NCBI GenBank assembly: GCA_963781585.1
Contig: CAWAGQ010000007.1
Coordinates: 64,001 to 128,000, forward strand
Direction: 5' to 3'
DNA length: 64,000 bases
Source: an uncultured Gemmatimonadaceae bacterium
Lineage (GTDB): Bacteria; Gemmatimonadota; Gemmatimonadetes; Gemmatimonadales; Gemmatimonadaceae
The position numbers and the translations under genes are program-made. The notes beneath the pieces were generated by a model. That model was not told the origin of the DNA and searched no databases. It was given only the letters and a program-made list of their open reading frames with translations. Each line of letters begins with the position of its first letter. Position 1 is the first letter of the stretch. Below, in pieces: positions 8,749 to 19,222 of this stretch.

Positions 8749-10011
8749 CTAGCTGCCGGCCGGGTTGGTCGGCGGTGGCGCGTACCGCCAACCGGTGGCC
8801 CGCTGATACGCCCGGGCGAGCGCCAGCACCTGGTCGTCGCCACCCCGCGGACCGACGAACTGCACGCCTAACGGGAGACCGTTCGGGTCGACGCCACCCG
8901 GGATGCTGATGGCGGGCAGACCGAAGTAGTTGCAGAAGAAGGTGTTGTCGGCGGACACCGCCATCGCGCCCCGGGCACGCGCGTCGTCCACCGTGGGCGC
9001 CGGCGCGGTGAGGGTCGGCAGCATGATCGCGTCCACGTCACCGAACAACGACGCATTGATCGCCGCACGATCGCGCTCGATGTTGCTCAAATCGAACGAT
9101 GCGTCTTCGAAGGGGACGCTGAGCCCGCTCGTGGCAATTCTCAGCACCGCAAGATTTGCGGTAACCGCCGCGAAGGCGGCCTTCACTTGGTCGGTTGCCA
9201 CGAAATTCGAGACGATGCCGACGCGACGAACAGATGGGGGCTCCCCTGAAGACTCGTGGCGACGCACCGGACGGACTGATGCAGCGTCCGTGAGCGCATC
9301 GAATGCGAGTGCGACGTCGTCGGCGCTGCGCGCCGTCACGCACGGGTGGCTGAGCAACAGGATCGCCGGGTCCGCCTGTTCGCCGGCGAGAATCCCCGAT
9401 GTGCTCACGAGACCGAACGACGGCTTCAGGCACGAGACACCACAAATGGCGGCCGGGAGTCGTCCGGAGCCGACCGCATCCGTGTCCACGGTTGCGAAAC
9501 AGAGACCGGCCGCGACTGCCGCGGCCGATCCACCAGACGAACCGCCGGCCACGTGCCTCGCGCTCCACGGATTGACGACCGGCCCGAAATGGCTCTCCAG
9601 AGACGTCGTCCCCATGCCGAGCCTGTGCATGTTCGTCTTCCCAACCAGCACGGCGCCCGCTTCTCGAAGCTGCACGATGATTTCCGCGTCCTGAGTCGGC
9701 ACCCGATTCTCGAAATGCTCGAATCCAGCGGTGGTGCGAATACCCGCGGTGTCGTAGAAATCCTTGACGGCAACCGGCACGCCGTGCAGCGGGCCTCGCC
9801 AGTGTCCGCTTCGAATGTCGGCCTCTGCGCGGCGTGCCTGTTCGCGCGCCAGGTCGACGGTTATGGTGATGAAGGCATTGAGGATTGGATTGAGCGTCGC
9901 GATGCGCGCCAGACTATGCGCCACCAGAACGACAGGTGACAAGCTGCCATCCCGCAGCCGCGCACTGATGTCGACGATGGATGCGAACGAAAGGTCCAAT
10001 TCCTCCGCCAT
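8749..10011 (-). CDS. Amidase signature family protein
   Basis: GPLHGVPVAVKD, GKTNMH, GGSSGGS, TDAVGSGRLPAA; AGGAGG RBS before ATG 10011. Confidence 0.9.
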   Translation of the reverse strand: MAEELDLSFASIVDISARLRDGSLSPVVLVAHSLARIATLNPILNAFITITVDLAREQARRAEADIRSGHWRGPLHGVPVAVKDFYDTAGIRTTAGFEHFENRVPTQDAEIIVQLREAGAVLVGKTNMHRLGMGTTSLESHFGPVVNPWSARHVAGGSSGGSAAAVAAGLCFATVDTDAVGSGRLPAAICGVSCLKPSFGLVSTSGILAGEQADPAILLLSHPCVTARSADDVALAFDALTDAASVRPVRRHESSGEPPSVRRVGIVSNFVATDQVKAAFAAVTANLAVLRIATSGLSVPFEDASFDLSNIERDRAAINASLFGDVDAIMLPTLTAPAPTVDDARARGAMAVSADNTFFCNYFGLPAISIPGGVDPNGLPLGVQFVGPRGGDDQVLALARAYQRATGWRYAPPPTNPAGS

Positions 10012-10053
10012 GCATTTCCTCCTTCGGCGACGCCAGCAACGGCTCGCCCGCAC

Positions 10054-10803
10054 TCAGCGAAAAACGAACAGATCGATGGGCTCGGTAACCACGCGGTCAT
10101 CATCCTCGGTCGCGCGACGGCGCAGCGCGGCCAGGCCGTCCTCCAGATCCTGTCGGCGCAGTCGGGCGAGGACCGAATCCCCGCCCGCGGCGAGTTTCTC
10201 CGCGTAGGCCGCCCAACCCGGCGCGATGGTCTGCGTGATGAGTTTCGACGCCACCAGGTGAAATCCGGCGGCCTCGAAGGCCTCCCGTATGATGGCACTG
10301 TCCGGCAGAGTCTCCTCGAGCATAGGCACGCTGGCGGGAAAGAACGGCACATACGGGTACGTCCTGCTCCGCTCGCAGATTGCCGTTCGTACAAGCGCGG
10401 GTCCCGCCTCACGCAGCACCCGTCTGCACTCCTCTGTCGCGCGGTGCGGGTCGCTGAAGTGGTGAAAGCTCATCGACATGAAGATCATGTCGACCGACCG
10501 CGGCGCGAGAGGAATGGCTTCCGCGTGTGCGCGCTGGTAGTGAACGCGATCGGTGCGACGCTTGGCGCGGGCGAGCGCCAGCATCTTCGCTGAGGGGTCA
10601 ATGCCGATGACGTCGGCGTCGAATCGGAGCGCGAGCGCCTCGGAGAACCGGCCGGTACCGCAGCCCACGTCGAGTATCCGCGTGATCGCCCGACCATCGA
10701 GACAAGATTCGATGGTCTTCATCCAGAGGTCGAGGAACTCGGGCCCGTGGTCCCGGCCCCGATCGTAGCCCGCCGGAATGTCGGTCAGGTCGTAGTCCGT
10801 CAT
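10054..10803 (-). CDS. Class I SAM-dependent methyltransferase
   Basis: ILDVGCGTG, GIDPSAKML, SFHHF. Confidence 0.9.
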   Translation of the reverse strand: MTDYDLTDIPAGYDRGRDHGPEFLDLWMKTIESCLDGRAITRILDVGCGTGRFSEALALRFDADVIGIDPSAKMLALARAKRRTDRVHYQRAHAEAIPLAPRSVDMIFMSMSFHHFSDPHRATEECRRVLREAGPALVRTAICERSRTYPYVPFFPASVPMLEETLPDSAIIREAFEAAGFHLVASKLITQTIAPGWAAYAEKLAAGGDSVLARLRRQDLEDGLAALRRRATEDDDRVVTEPIDLFVFR

Positions 10804-10845
10804 TTCGGTTCGGGACGGATCGCAACGGCGGAGAGGCGGCAGGGG

Positions 10846-12267
10846 CTAGGCACGCGAAGGCATTGGGGCCAGATCCGTCGCGGCCACGGGAGCGACCGGA
10901 AGCGTCACGCGGAACTCCGTGCGGCCCGGCCGCGTCTCGACCGCGATCTGGCCGCCATGGGCCACTACGATACGGCGCACCAGGTCCAGCCCGAGCCCCG
11001 TTCCCTGACCTTGCGGCTTCGTGGTGAAGAACGGATCGAACATGCGAGGTTCCACCTCCCGCGGAATGCCCGGTCCATTGTCGATGACCCGAACCACGAT
11101 CTCATCGCGATCCCGGGTGGCCCGCACCTGTATCTCTCCCGACTCCCCCACCGCGTCGATGGCGTTGTCGAGCAGGTTCGACCAGACCTGGTTCAACTCG
11201 TCCCCCGCCATCACCAGAGGGAGCTCGGCGGGAACATCGAGTCGGACGGCGACGGACTTTGTCCGCGCCTTCACCGACAGTACGGTCAGTGTGTCGGCCA
11301 ACCCTTGCGCGATATCCATCGGCGTGGGGGACGCCGCGCGCCCCAGATTGGAGAAGCCCTTGACCGCTGATACGAGATCGTGAATCCGCACCGTGGCGCG
11401 CTCGACATCAGTGGCGAGCGACACCACAGCGTAGTCGGCCGCGATGCTGTGCAGAATGCGTTCGAGTGCCGCGCCACTCGCTGCCGCGGCCAGGCGGTCC
11501 AGCCCCTCGGTCGTGAGGGCACTGTCGGAGAGCACGTCGGCCAACGCTGGATCGACGCGATGGTCCTCGAGCCACCGGGTGATGCCTTCCTCACGGTCCG
11601 CTCGTTCAATGGCGGAATACACACCGGTGTGGGACGGCATCAGATTCTGCGCACTGAGTTCCCCCGCGGCGGCACGCTGATCGGCGGTGAGGTTTGCCGC
11701 GCCAAGCGCCGCGGCCGCGGCACTCGCCTCCTGCAATGCCTGACGAAGCAATTTTGCGCTTCGGACCGCCGCCGACGCGGGGTTGTTCAGCTCATGTGCC
11801 AGCCCGGCCGCCAGGCGAGCCAGCGACTGCAGTCTGTCATCCTCCACCGTGGTCGAGGACAAGACGCGGCTGCGGTCGATCATGAGGTGCACCAGCCGCT
11901 CAACCACGGTCGGGCACTCCCGGATCAGCTCCGGAAACATGTCCCGGTGCACGGCCAGGAGCTCTGTCTCCTCCTCCACTCGCCAGTCACCCAGCGAACT
12001 GACGACGCGGGAAAACGGAAGCAGCGCGGAAATGTCTCCGCCGCGCGTTTCGAGCGTAAAGCGCCTTCCGCTGCCGCGGTCCACTGTCGAGACGACCCGG
12101 CCGGTGAGCTGAATGATCATCTGATCGACGGGCTCGTTCTTCCTCGCCCCATATTCGCCAACCTGGTAACGGCGGACGGCACCGTGCGTCGCCAGCCACT
12201 CCAGTTCGCTGCGCGGGGCCCCAGCCAGAACCCTGTGTGCCGCCAATCGATCGACGATGTCCGACAC
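10846..12267 (-). CDS. Soluble sensor histidine kinase with N-terminal cNMP-binding-like domain
   Basis: AHELNNP H-box, NQVWSNLLDNAIDA, DNGPGI, FFTTKPQGQGTGLGL; no TM segments. Confidence 0.92.
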   Translation of the reverse strand: MSDIVDRLAAHRVLAGAPRSELEWLATHGAVRRYQVGEYGARKNEPVDQMIIQLTGRVVSTVDRGSGRRFTLETRGGDISALLPFSRVVSSLGDWRVEEETELLAVHRDMFPELIRECPTVVERLVHLMIDRSRVLSSTTVEDDRLQSLARLAAGLAHELNNPASAAVRSAKLLRQALQEASAAAAALGAANLTADQRAAAGELSAQNLMPSHTGVYSAIERADREEGITRWLEDHRVDPALADVLSDSALTTEGLDRLAAAASGAALERILHSIAADYAVVSLATDVERATVRIHDLVSAVKGFSNLGRAASPTPMDIAQGLADTLTVLSVKARTKSVAVRLDVPAELPLVMAGDELNQVWSNLLDNAIDAVGESGEIQVRATRDRDEIVVRVIDNGPGIPREVEPRMFDPFFTTKPQGQGTGLGLDLVRRIVVAHGGQIAVETRPGRTEFRVTLPVAPVAATDLAPMPSRA

Positions 12268-12326
12268 CGGTCTCCTCCGGAAATTCCATCCAGGTACCGC
12301 GTCGCCACCTCTCCGGGTACCCCAGC

Positions 12327-12740
12327 CTACCAGCTCGCGCTCGATCCGTCTCCCGCCTCCGCGTCGTCCGGAGGGCTGAGTAGCCGCACCTGGTCCGGCG
12401 ACCGCAGGATGATCTCCGGTTTCCCCTGATAGATCTGAACTTTGCCGCGCACGTCAATGGTCCTGCCTTCCCACTGGTGCGGCGACGTGAAGCGCGCGGA
12501 ATCGCGAACGAAGATCACCGCGTTGAACGTGTGGTTGGGAAAGGGATTGTCGAAGTTGACGAAGATGGTCCCCGCGCGTGAGGTCGACACCTGAGCGACC
12601 CGCCCGCGGACGATGACCTCGCGGCCGTCGTACCGCGCGGCTGCCGACGGCGCTATGACCGGCAGGCTGTCACCCTGGCCACGCGCGAGGCGCGGGGCGA
12701 GCACGACCGAGGCCAGCAGGAGCAGTTTCACGGGCGGCAT
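12327..12740 (-). CDS. Secreted OB-fold nucleic-acid-binding-like protein
   Basis: Signal peptide MPPVKLLLLASVVLAP, then VIVRGRVAQV..FVNFDNPFPNHTFNAVIF..VRGKVQIYQGKPEIIL. Confidence 0.75.
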   Translation of the reverse strand: MPPVKLLLLASVVLAPRLARGQGDSLPVIAPSAAARYDGREVIVRGRVAQVSTSRAGTIFVNFDNPFPNHTFNAVIFVRDSARFTSPHQWEGRTIDVRGKVQIYQGKPEIILRSPDQVRLLSPPDDAEAGDGSSASW

Positions 12741-12881
12741 GCGAAAACCATGTGTGAGCCGCCGGGTCCCCGCAAGCCTGCGCCGACACCGACGCCGCCT
12801 GACCCCGTGGAGTCGTCGCCGCCGAAGCCCACTTCGGCAGCTCCCTCTGGACAGCGGCCGCCCCGCGAGGAATCCCTTCTC

Positions 12882-14198
12882 ATGACCAAGCCACTCGGAC
12901 CCGCCATGACCAGTCGCAGAACGTTCCTGTCCTCGGCGCTCAACGCCGCCGTCGTCCTTCCGGTGCTGAACGCCCGCGCCTTCCGGCATCTGGAACGCGC
13001 CGGAGAACTCGCCGGCACGCGGCCCCCGCTCGGACTCGCCGATGACGAGGCGTACTGGGGAGAAATCCAGCGCGCCTTCGATCTCGACGACACCGTCATC
13101 AACCTCAATAACGGCGGCTGCAGTCCGGCGCCCACGCACGTCCTGGAGCAGATGATCCGGGACATCCGGTTCTCCAACGTCGTCCCGGTGGAGCACATGT
13201 GGCGCGTGCTCGAGCCTCGGGTGGAGAGCGTGCGACTGGATCTGGCCCGCGAGTTCGGCTGCGACCCGGAGGAGATGGCGATCACCCGCAACGCCAGCGA
13301 AGCCAACGAGAACGTCATCTTCGGCATCGACCTGGAGGCGGGCGACGAAATCATCGCCACCACGCAGAACTATCCGCGCATGGTGAACGCCTGGATGCAG
13401 CGCGGTCGCCGCGACCGCATCGTCTTCAGGCAGATCAAGCTGCCCACCCCGCCTCCATCGGACGACGAGGTGGTGGCGGCGTTCGAGGCGGCGATCACGC
13501 CGCGCACGAAGATGATCGAGGTGATGCACGTGAGCTGGCAGACCGGGTACGTCGCCCCGGTGCGCCGGATCGTGGATATGGCGCGGCGCCACAACGTGGA
13601 GGTGCTGGTGGACGGGGCACATGCGTTCGCCCATTTCCCGTTCACCCGCGACGAGCTCGGGTGCGACTACTACGGCACCAGCCTCCACAAGTGGTGCCTG
13701 GCGCCGATCGGGACCGGCTTTCTCTACGTCCGCCGCGAGAAGATCCCGCATATCTGGTCGATGTTCGCCGGTTCGCCTGACGAGGACGGGAATATCAGGA
13801 AGTACGAGGAGATCGGGACGCACCCGGCCGCGAACCACAACGCCATCTCGGTAGCGCTCGCGTTTCACCGGAGCATCGGCCCCGAACGCAAGATCGCGCG
13901 GCTGCGGTTTCTGCGGGACCGCTGGGCGAAGCGCCTCATTGCCGCCAGCGACCGGGTCCACATGATCACGCCGATCGGGCCGGACAAGAGCGGCGCGATC
14001 GGCGTGGTCGCCATCGACGGAATGGACTTCGGGAAGCTCGGCGGGTGGCTGGCTGCGCGGCACCACATCGTCAGCACGCCGATGGTGACTCCCGAGTTCC
14101 AGGGGTTGCGCGTCACGCCGAACGTCTATACCACGCTCGATGAGATCGATTACTTCGCGGATCGGATGATCGAGGCGGTCACCAGGGGTATCGCGTGA
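12882..14198 (+). CDS. Tat-exported class V PLP-dependent aminotransferase-fold enzyme (isopenicillin N epimerase-like)
   Basis: SRRTFL Tat motif, NLNNGG, VDGAH, SLHKW PLP lysine; alternative start 12906. Confidence 0.88.
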   Translation: MTKPLGPAMTSRRTFLSSALNAAVVLPVLNARAFRHLERAGELAGTRPPLGLADDEAYWGEIQRAFDLDDTVINLNNGGCSPAPTHVLEQMIRDIRFSNVVPVEHMWRVLEPRVESVRLDLAREFGCDPEEMAITRNASEANENVIFGIDLEAGDEIIATTQNYPRMVNAWMQRGRRDRIVFRQIKLPTPPPSDDEVVAAFEAAITPRTKMIEVMHVSWQTGYVAPVRRIVDMARRHNVEVLVDGAHAFAHFPFTRDELGCDYYGTSLHKWCLAPIGTGFLYVRREKIPHIWSMFAGSPDEDGNIRKYEEIGTHPAANHNAISVALAFHRSIGPERKIARLRFLRDRWAKRLIAASDRVHMITPIGPDKSGAIGVVAIDGMDFGKLGGWLAARHHIVSTPMVTPEFQGLRVTPNVYTTLDEIDYFADRMIEAVTRGIA

Positions 14199-14210
14199 CC
14201 CGTGGCGCGC

Positions 14211-14315
14211 CTAACGCGGAAGCGACCACCAGGCCACCGCGCCGCGAGGGGGCGTGCACGCGCCGGTCACCGCCAGGACCAGCACGGTCAGAAACCCGCT
14301 CATCGTTCGCGACAT
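14211..14315 (-). pseudogene. 34-aa lipoprotein-signal ORF (truncated lipoprotein or small lipopeptide)
   Basis: GGAGG RBS plus MSRTMSGFLTVLVLAVTGACTPPRGAVAWWSLPR*; lipobox-like TGAC; directly downstream of ADOP. Confidence 0.5.
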
Positions 14316-14336
14316 GCTACCTCCGGAGGAGGGCGA

Positions 14337-16748
14337 TCAATCCGCGCGCAACGCCTGCACCGGGTCGATCCGCGTTGCAAATCGCGCCGGCACGTACGCC
14401 GCGACCAGTGCCACCACCAGAAGGAGTGCGGCTGACCCCACCATCGCGATCGGATCCGCCGGACTGACTTCATACAGCAGGGACGTCAGCAAGCGCGACG
14501 CCGCGAGCGCGGCCGCCAGTCCGACGATCACGCCCACCCCGGTCACGACAAACGCCCGGGCGAGCACACCACGCCGCAGGCGTTCGGGCGACGCGCCGAG
14601 CGCCGACCGCACGCCGAGTTCACGCATGCTCGCGCGCACGGATGAGGCCATGACGCCGTACAACCCGATCGCCGCCAGCAGCATCGATACCAGGGCGAAG
14701 GCGCCCAGCAGCAGCGCGCTCACCCGCGGCTGCATCAATGGGGCGGCGAGGAGGTCGCGCATCGGCTTGGCGTCCCAGAGCGTGAAGTCGGGATCGATCT
14801 CGCGCGCCGCCCGGCGCAGCGCGGGAAGAACGGTCGCGAGGTCTGTGGAGGTGCGCACGGCGAAATTGCCCTGCCAGAACGATTGACGCCACGGCAGGTA
14901 CACTGACGGCGTCGCCTCACGCAGCGAGCGATAGCGGATGTCGCCCGCCACTCCGACGACCGTCCGCCAGGTCGTGGAGTCGGGGCCCCAGAAGTAGATG
15001 TGCTTGCCGATTGGGTCGCCGTCAGGCCACAGGCGTCGCGCGGTGGCCTCGCTCACGACCGCCACCATTGCAGCGTTTTCCCGGTCAGCGCTTGTGAAGG
15101 AACGACCGCGACGGATCGGGATCCCGAACGTGCGGAAGTAGTCCGCGCCGCCGGCTTCCATGGGGAAGAACGCGTTCGACTTCATCTCCTCGCGCGTTTG
15201 CCCCTCGACATCGAGCCGGCTGATGAAGACGCTGGCGCCGAAGAACGGCGGAATGACGACCGGTGTCACGGCGGTGATCCCCGGCACGGCGCGCAACGCC
15301 GGCAACAGCCGGTCCCCCAGCGCGTTGACCATGGCCTGGCTGAACTGACCGGCCGAATCGAGGTATGCGCGCGGCGGGAACGAAAACGAGAGCAGGGAAA
15401 GTCGATCGGGATTGTAGCCGAGCGCGATACCTTGCAGCCGCTCGAGACTCCGGCCGAGCAGCCCGGCGCCAGCCAGCATCATCAACGCCAACGCGACCTG
15501 CGAGGCGACGAGCGCCTCACGCATGCGCCGGCGCGCTCTGGTCTCGGTGCCGGCGCGTGAATCGAAGCGCAACGGGGACGCAAGAGACCCGCGTGAGGCG
15601 ATGAGCGCGGGGACGACCCCGAACAGCAGCACGGCGGTCAGGGTCACGCCAACAGCGATGCTAATGGGCGCCCCGCTCAGGCCGATGACGTCGGTGCGCG
15701 GGAGTTTCGGCGGCGCGTACGCGAGCAGGACGCCGGTGAGCGCGGACGCGCAAAGCAGCCCGAGTGCGCCGCCGGCCACCCCGAGGAGCCCGCTCTCCAC
15801 CACCAGCTGCCGCACGATGTCGCCCGATCCGGCGCCGAGCGCCCGTCGCACGGACAGCTCGCGACCGCGGCCTGCAGCGCGCAACAGCAGCAGGTTGCCG
15901 ACGTTCACACACGCGATGAGGAGGAGGAGCCCCACCGCCGCCGCCAGCATGACCAGAATGGGCCGGATGTTGCCAACGACCACTTGCGTGAACGAGGCGA
16001 CATGAACGCCGTCGTACGCGCGGTCCGGGAACAGATGCCGCATGGTGCCGAAGAACTCGGTCTGCGCCGCCAGCGGAGTCGCGTCAGGCGCGAGGCGCGC
16101 AATCGCAATCACCGACAGGTTAGCCGACGGCTGCCAGGCGGGCATCCAGAGCCCGACCCCCGACGGATAGTCGAGACCAGCGGGCGCCACCCCGACAATG
16201 CGGTAGTTCAGCCGCTGGTACGGCTCCATCAGTCGGCGACCGACTATTCCCGAATCACCCCCGAACACCGTGCGCCACGTGCCATAGCTGATCACAAGTA
16301 CGGGTTCGGCCCCGGCCACCTCATCGTTCGGTTGGAGGAGACGACCGAGCACCGGTCGCGCGCCGAGCACGTCGAAGAAGTTGCCAGTGACGGTCGTTCG
16401 ACTGATGACCAGCGACCGATCACCGTCGAGGAACGGGGCGCCACTCGCACCCCAGTGCGCGACCCCTGCGATGTCGCGCATCGTCCGGCTGGTCGCTGCG
16501 ACCTTGGGCAGATCCTCGCGCAGCAACCAGAAGTCGGCGTTGGGGTCGCCCCGGTACGTGAACAACTGGACGATACCACGGGCGTCACGCACCGGGAGCG
16601 GGCGCAGCAGCACGGCGTCGAACACGGTGAACATCGCGACGGCCATGCCAATGCCGATCGCCAGGATCAGCACGGCCGTCGTCGCGAACGACGGCGAGTG
16701 TCGGAATCCGCGGAGCGCGAGGCGGGCGTCGTGCGCGACGCGATTCAT
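14337..16748 (-). CDS. ADOP-family duplicated orphan ABC permease
   Basis: [64 protein letters not shown]. Confidence 0.92.
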   Translation of the reverse strand: MNRVAHDARLALRGFRHSPSFATTAVLILAIGIGMAVAMFTVFDAVLLRPLPVRDARGIVQLFTYRGDPNADFWLLREDLPKVAATSRTMRDIAGVAHWGASGAPFLDGDRSLVISRTTVTGNFFDVLGARPVLGRLLQPNDEVAGAEPVLVISYGTWRTVFGGDSGIVGRRLMEPYQRLNYRIVGVAPAGLDYPSGVGLWMPAWQPSANLSVIAIARLAPDATPLAAQTEFFGTMRHLFPDRAYDGVHVASFTQVVVGNIRPILVMLAAAVGLLLLIACVNVGNLLLLRAAGRGRELSVRRALGAGSGDIVRQLVVESGLLGVAGGALGLLCASALTGVLLAYAPPKLPRTDVIGLSGAPISIAVGVTLTAVLLFGVVPALIASRGSLASPLRFDSRAGTETRARRRMREALVASQVALALMMLAGAGLLGRSLERLQGIALGYNPDRLSLLSFSFPPRAYLDSAGQFSQAMVNALGDRLLPALRAVPGITAVTPVVIPPFFGASVFISRLDVEGQTREEMKSNAFFPMEAGGADYFRTFGIPIRRGRSFTSADRENAAMVAVVSEATARRLWPDGDPIGKHIYFWGPDSTTWRTVVGVAGDIRYRSLREATPSVYLPWRQSFWQGNFAVRTSTDLATVLPALRRAAREIDPDFTLWDAKPMRDLLAAPLMQPRVSALLLGAFALVSMLLAAIGLYGVMASSVRASMRELGVRSALGASPERLRRGVLARAFVVTGVGVIVGLAAALAASRLLTSLLYEVSPADPIAMVGSAALLLVVALVAAYVPARFATRIDPVQALRAD

Positions 16749-16870
16749 GAACGATGCTGCTCCGCTGGGGAAATGGGGGGGCGAATGGAATAGAGCACCC
16801 GCGTCCGACCCGCGCCACTCATGACGGCTCTCGCGGCCGGGTGTGGTACGTACCTCTACCCGCGGTGGGC

Positions 16871-17632
16871 CTACTGCGTCGCGCTGCCCGCGACCGCCTT
16901 GCGGGCCAACGCCAGACGCTGCCGCAGCTGCGGGACGGCGCCGGCGGCCGCCGGGTTCGACGCCAGGCGGTTCAACTCGAGGTTGACCGCATCCAGCCCG
17001 AGGTTTGCACCGAAGCGCGCCGACACCTGCCTGAGCGCGCTCTGGAATCCGGGATCGGAGTCCATCTCGGTCTGCCCCAGCGCCTGCGCCTTGGCGAGGA
17101 TGTCGGTGAGAACGACGACCGCCCGCTGCACGTTCTCGGGTGACGCGAGAGACTTCGAGTTTGCGAACTGGGCGACCTCCGGGAGGCTCGTCGCGAAGCG
17201 TTGCAGCGCCGCGGCCTGTTTCGCGTTACGGGGGTGATCCTGATGCATGACTGCCTGCGCCGCCGCCATGATGGCGAACGGCGCCATCGCCGCGTGGGTC
17301 AGCACCGGCACACCGGGGACGACTCCTGCCACCGGGGCAGCGACCAGCGCCAGTCCACCGATAACGTGCACGAGATGCAGCGCTTTTCCCTCGACCTTGA
17401 AGACGACTCGGGTCACGTCGCGTAGCGGCATGAACCCGAACGCCGCCGCTGTCGCCAGGCTTGCGAGCGACGCCGTTGAGTGGCCTTCCGCCCTGAAATG
17501 CTCGTACGCCGCGCAGGACCCGATGGCGATCACCAGAAAGCCTGCGTGCAGGAGGATTCTCAAACCCACTGATTTCGGCGAGGCACGGCGCACAGCCGCG
17601 CCCTCCGGCACGGGCTCTCCGAACGACTTCAT
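16871..17632 (-). CDS. Hypothetical membrane protein (about 4 TM plus helical tail)
   Basis: GGGAGG RBS, hydrophobic segments, high-GC codon usage. Confidence 0.7.
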   Translation of the reverse strand: MKSFGEPVPEGAAVRRASPKSVGLRILLHAGFLVIAIGSCAAYEHFRAEGHSTASLASLATAAAFGFMPLRDVTRVVFKVEGKALHLVHVIGGLALVAAPVAGVVPGVPVLTHAAMAPFAIMAAAQAVMHQDHPRNAKQAAALQRFATSLPEVAQFANSKSLASPENVQRAVVVLTDILAKAQALGQTEMDSDPGFQSALRQVSARFGANLGLDAVNLELNRLASNPAAAGAVPQLRQRLALARKAVAGSATQ

Positions 17633-17860
17633 GCATCCTCCCTTCGCTTGCCGTGCGTATGGTAGTCGGGCGACCAGGCCGAAGCGGTACTCGTGGCCGA
17701 ACCTGCATTATGGATGTGGCGCGTCGCGATCCGCGTCCAGTGGCCTCTCACGGCGTCCGGTGCGTGTGGGCCAATCTGTCAGCACCCAGAAAATCCAACC
17801 GAGCACCCCGGACCGGAATGCCCTCGCTGGACGGAACTGCTCAGGCGGGAGTGCGACGCG

Positions 17861-19222
17861 TCAGCGCACCGTGATCACCAGCGGCGGAAGCGACATCGGA
17901 TTCCGGTTGGTCGGATCGGTCGTCGGTGTCGGTGTCACGAAGGGCTTCCTCGTGGCGCTCGATGCCGAGCCGGCCACGTCGAAGAAGAACTGCTGTTGCA
18001 CCAACTGCCTGATCTTCCGTCCATTCAGCTCGGGGGAAACGAATCGCATGTTCGGCACCGCGGCGCGTACGGCCTGCGTGAACAGGGAGTCGGTGGAGCG
18101 CACGATTCTCAGCGATCCCGTCAGCACCTGCCCGCTACTGTCCACCACGAACTGCGTCAGCACCTGCCCCTCGACGCGCGCGCTCCCGAGCGTGGAGGGA
18201 TAGGCGGGGACTCCAGACCCCTGGAGCGGGATGGCTGGTGTCGCGCCGTTCGGCGCGAAGTAGGTCCCTTCCTGCGCGCTGCCGGCCGCGGTCCGGTTAC
18301 CCGAAGTGGAAGTGGCCAGATCCGTTCCATACTTGGTCGAGCAGGCCAGAGCAGCTGCGGTGATCAGACCCAGTACCACGACGCGAGCACTCGGGTTGGC
18401 GGGTCGGGGCGTATTCATCTCGGAGATCCTCCGGCTCAGGTCGGAATTCGATTCGGCGAGCATGGTGGCGACATTCGTGCGTGACTGGCGCTGGGCGATG
18501 AACAGCAGGAGCCGGCCGTAGCGCTCTGTATCGCCGGACGTGCGCAGCACACGCGCGTCACAGTCCAGTTCCAGGGCGAGGCGCAACCGCCGAGCGATCC
18601 ACCAGGCGCCGAGGTTCCAGGGCATCAGCGCCACGGCCACCGCGACCGCGAGCGTCAGCTGCGGGTCGCGCGCCCGACAATGCTCCTGTTCGTGCTGCAT
18701 CACCAGCGCCCGCAACGGCGCATCGAGGTCGAGCAGCCACCGCGGCACGAGCAACAGTGGGCGCCGGACGCCGAAGACGGCCGGACCCAGCGAGGGCGTG
18801 ATGCAGACCGGGACACCCGCGATGACGTCCTTGAAGGCTGCTCGCTCCACCGCCGACAGAGACCGCAGCGCGAAGGCGAGCCTGACGAGTAACAACACGG
18901 ACGCGAGTGCCCAGAGTGCCACCAGCACCGCATCGACGCGTGTGGTCCAGGCTGCGGGAAGGGCGGGCAGGGCGGGGGCGATTGTGCCGATCGTCGTCCG
19001 CACTGCCGGCAGCGCAATCGGTGCGCCGTTCACTTCCGGCGCGGGAAGCAGCGCGGCGGCGACGGGAGCGATGATGGGCCAGGCGACGGCCACTGCGAGC
19101 GCGACCAGCCATGGGCCACGCGCCTGACGGCCAAGAGTGCGCAGGGCCCGCTCGGCCGCCAGGGCCGCCACACCGAGCAGCAGCGAGAACAGCGTGGCCG
19201 CAGCCATCCACGAGGCGATCAT
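17861..19222 (-). CDS. M56 (BlaR1/MecR1-like) metallopeptidase fused to TonB C-terminal domain
   Basis: HEQEH zinc motif, ELDCD, LSRRI; C-terminal YPSTL..VEGQVLTQFVVDSSG..AVRAAV; ATGA overlap with upstream BlaI-family gene. Confidence 0.9.
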   Translation of the reverse strand: MIASWMAAATLFSLLLGVAALAAERALRTLGRQARGPWLVALAVAVAWPIIAPVAAALLPAPEVNGAPIALPAVRTTIGTIAPALPALPAAWTTRVDAVLVALWALASVLLLVRLAFALRSLSAVERAAFKDVIAGVPVCITPSLGPAVFGVRRPLLLVPRWLLDLDAPLRALVMQHEQEHCRARDPQLTLAVAVAVALMPWNLGAWWIARRLRLALELDCDARVLRTSGDTERYGRLLLFIAQRQSRTNVATMLAESNSDLSRRISEMNTPRPANPSARVVVLGLITAAALACSTKYGTDLATSTSGNRTAAGSAQEGTYFAPNGATPAIPLQGSGVPAYPSTLGSARVEGQVLTQFVVDSSGQVLTGSLRIVRSTDSLFTQAVRAAVPNMRFVSPELNGRKIRQLVQQQFFFDVAGSASSATRKPFVTPTPTTDPTNRNPMSLPPLVITVR

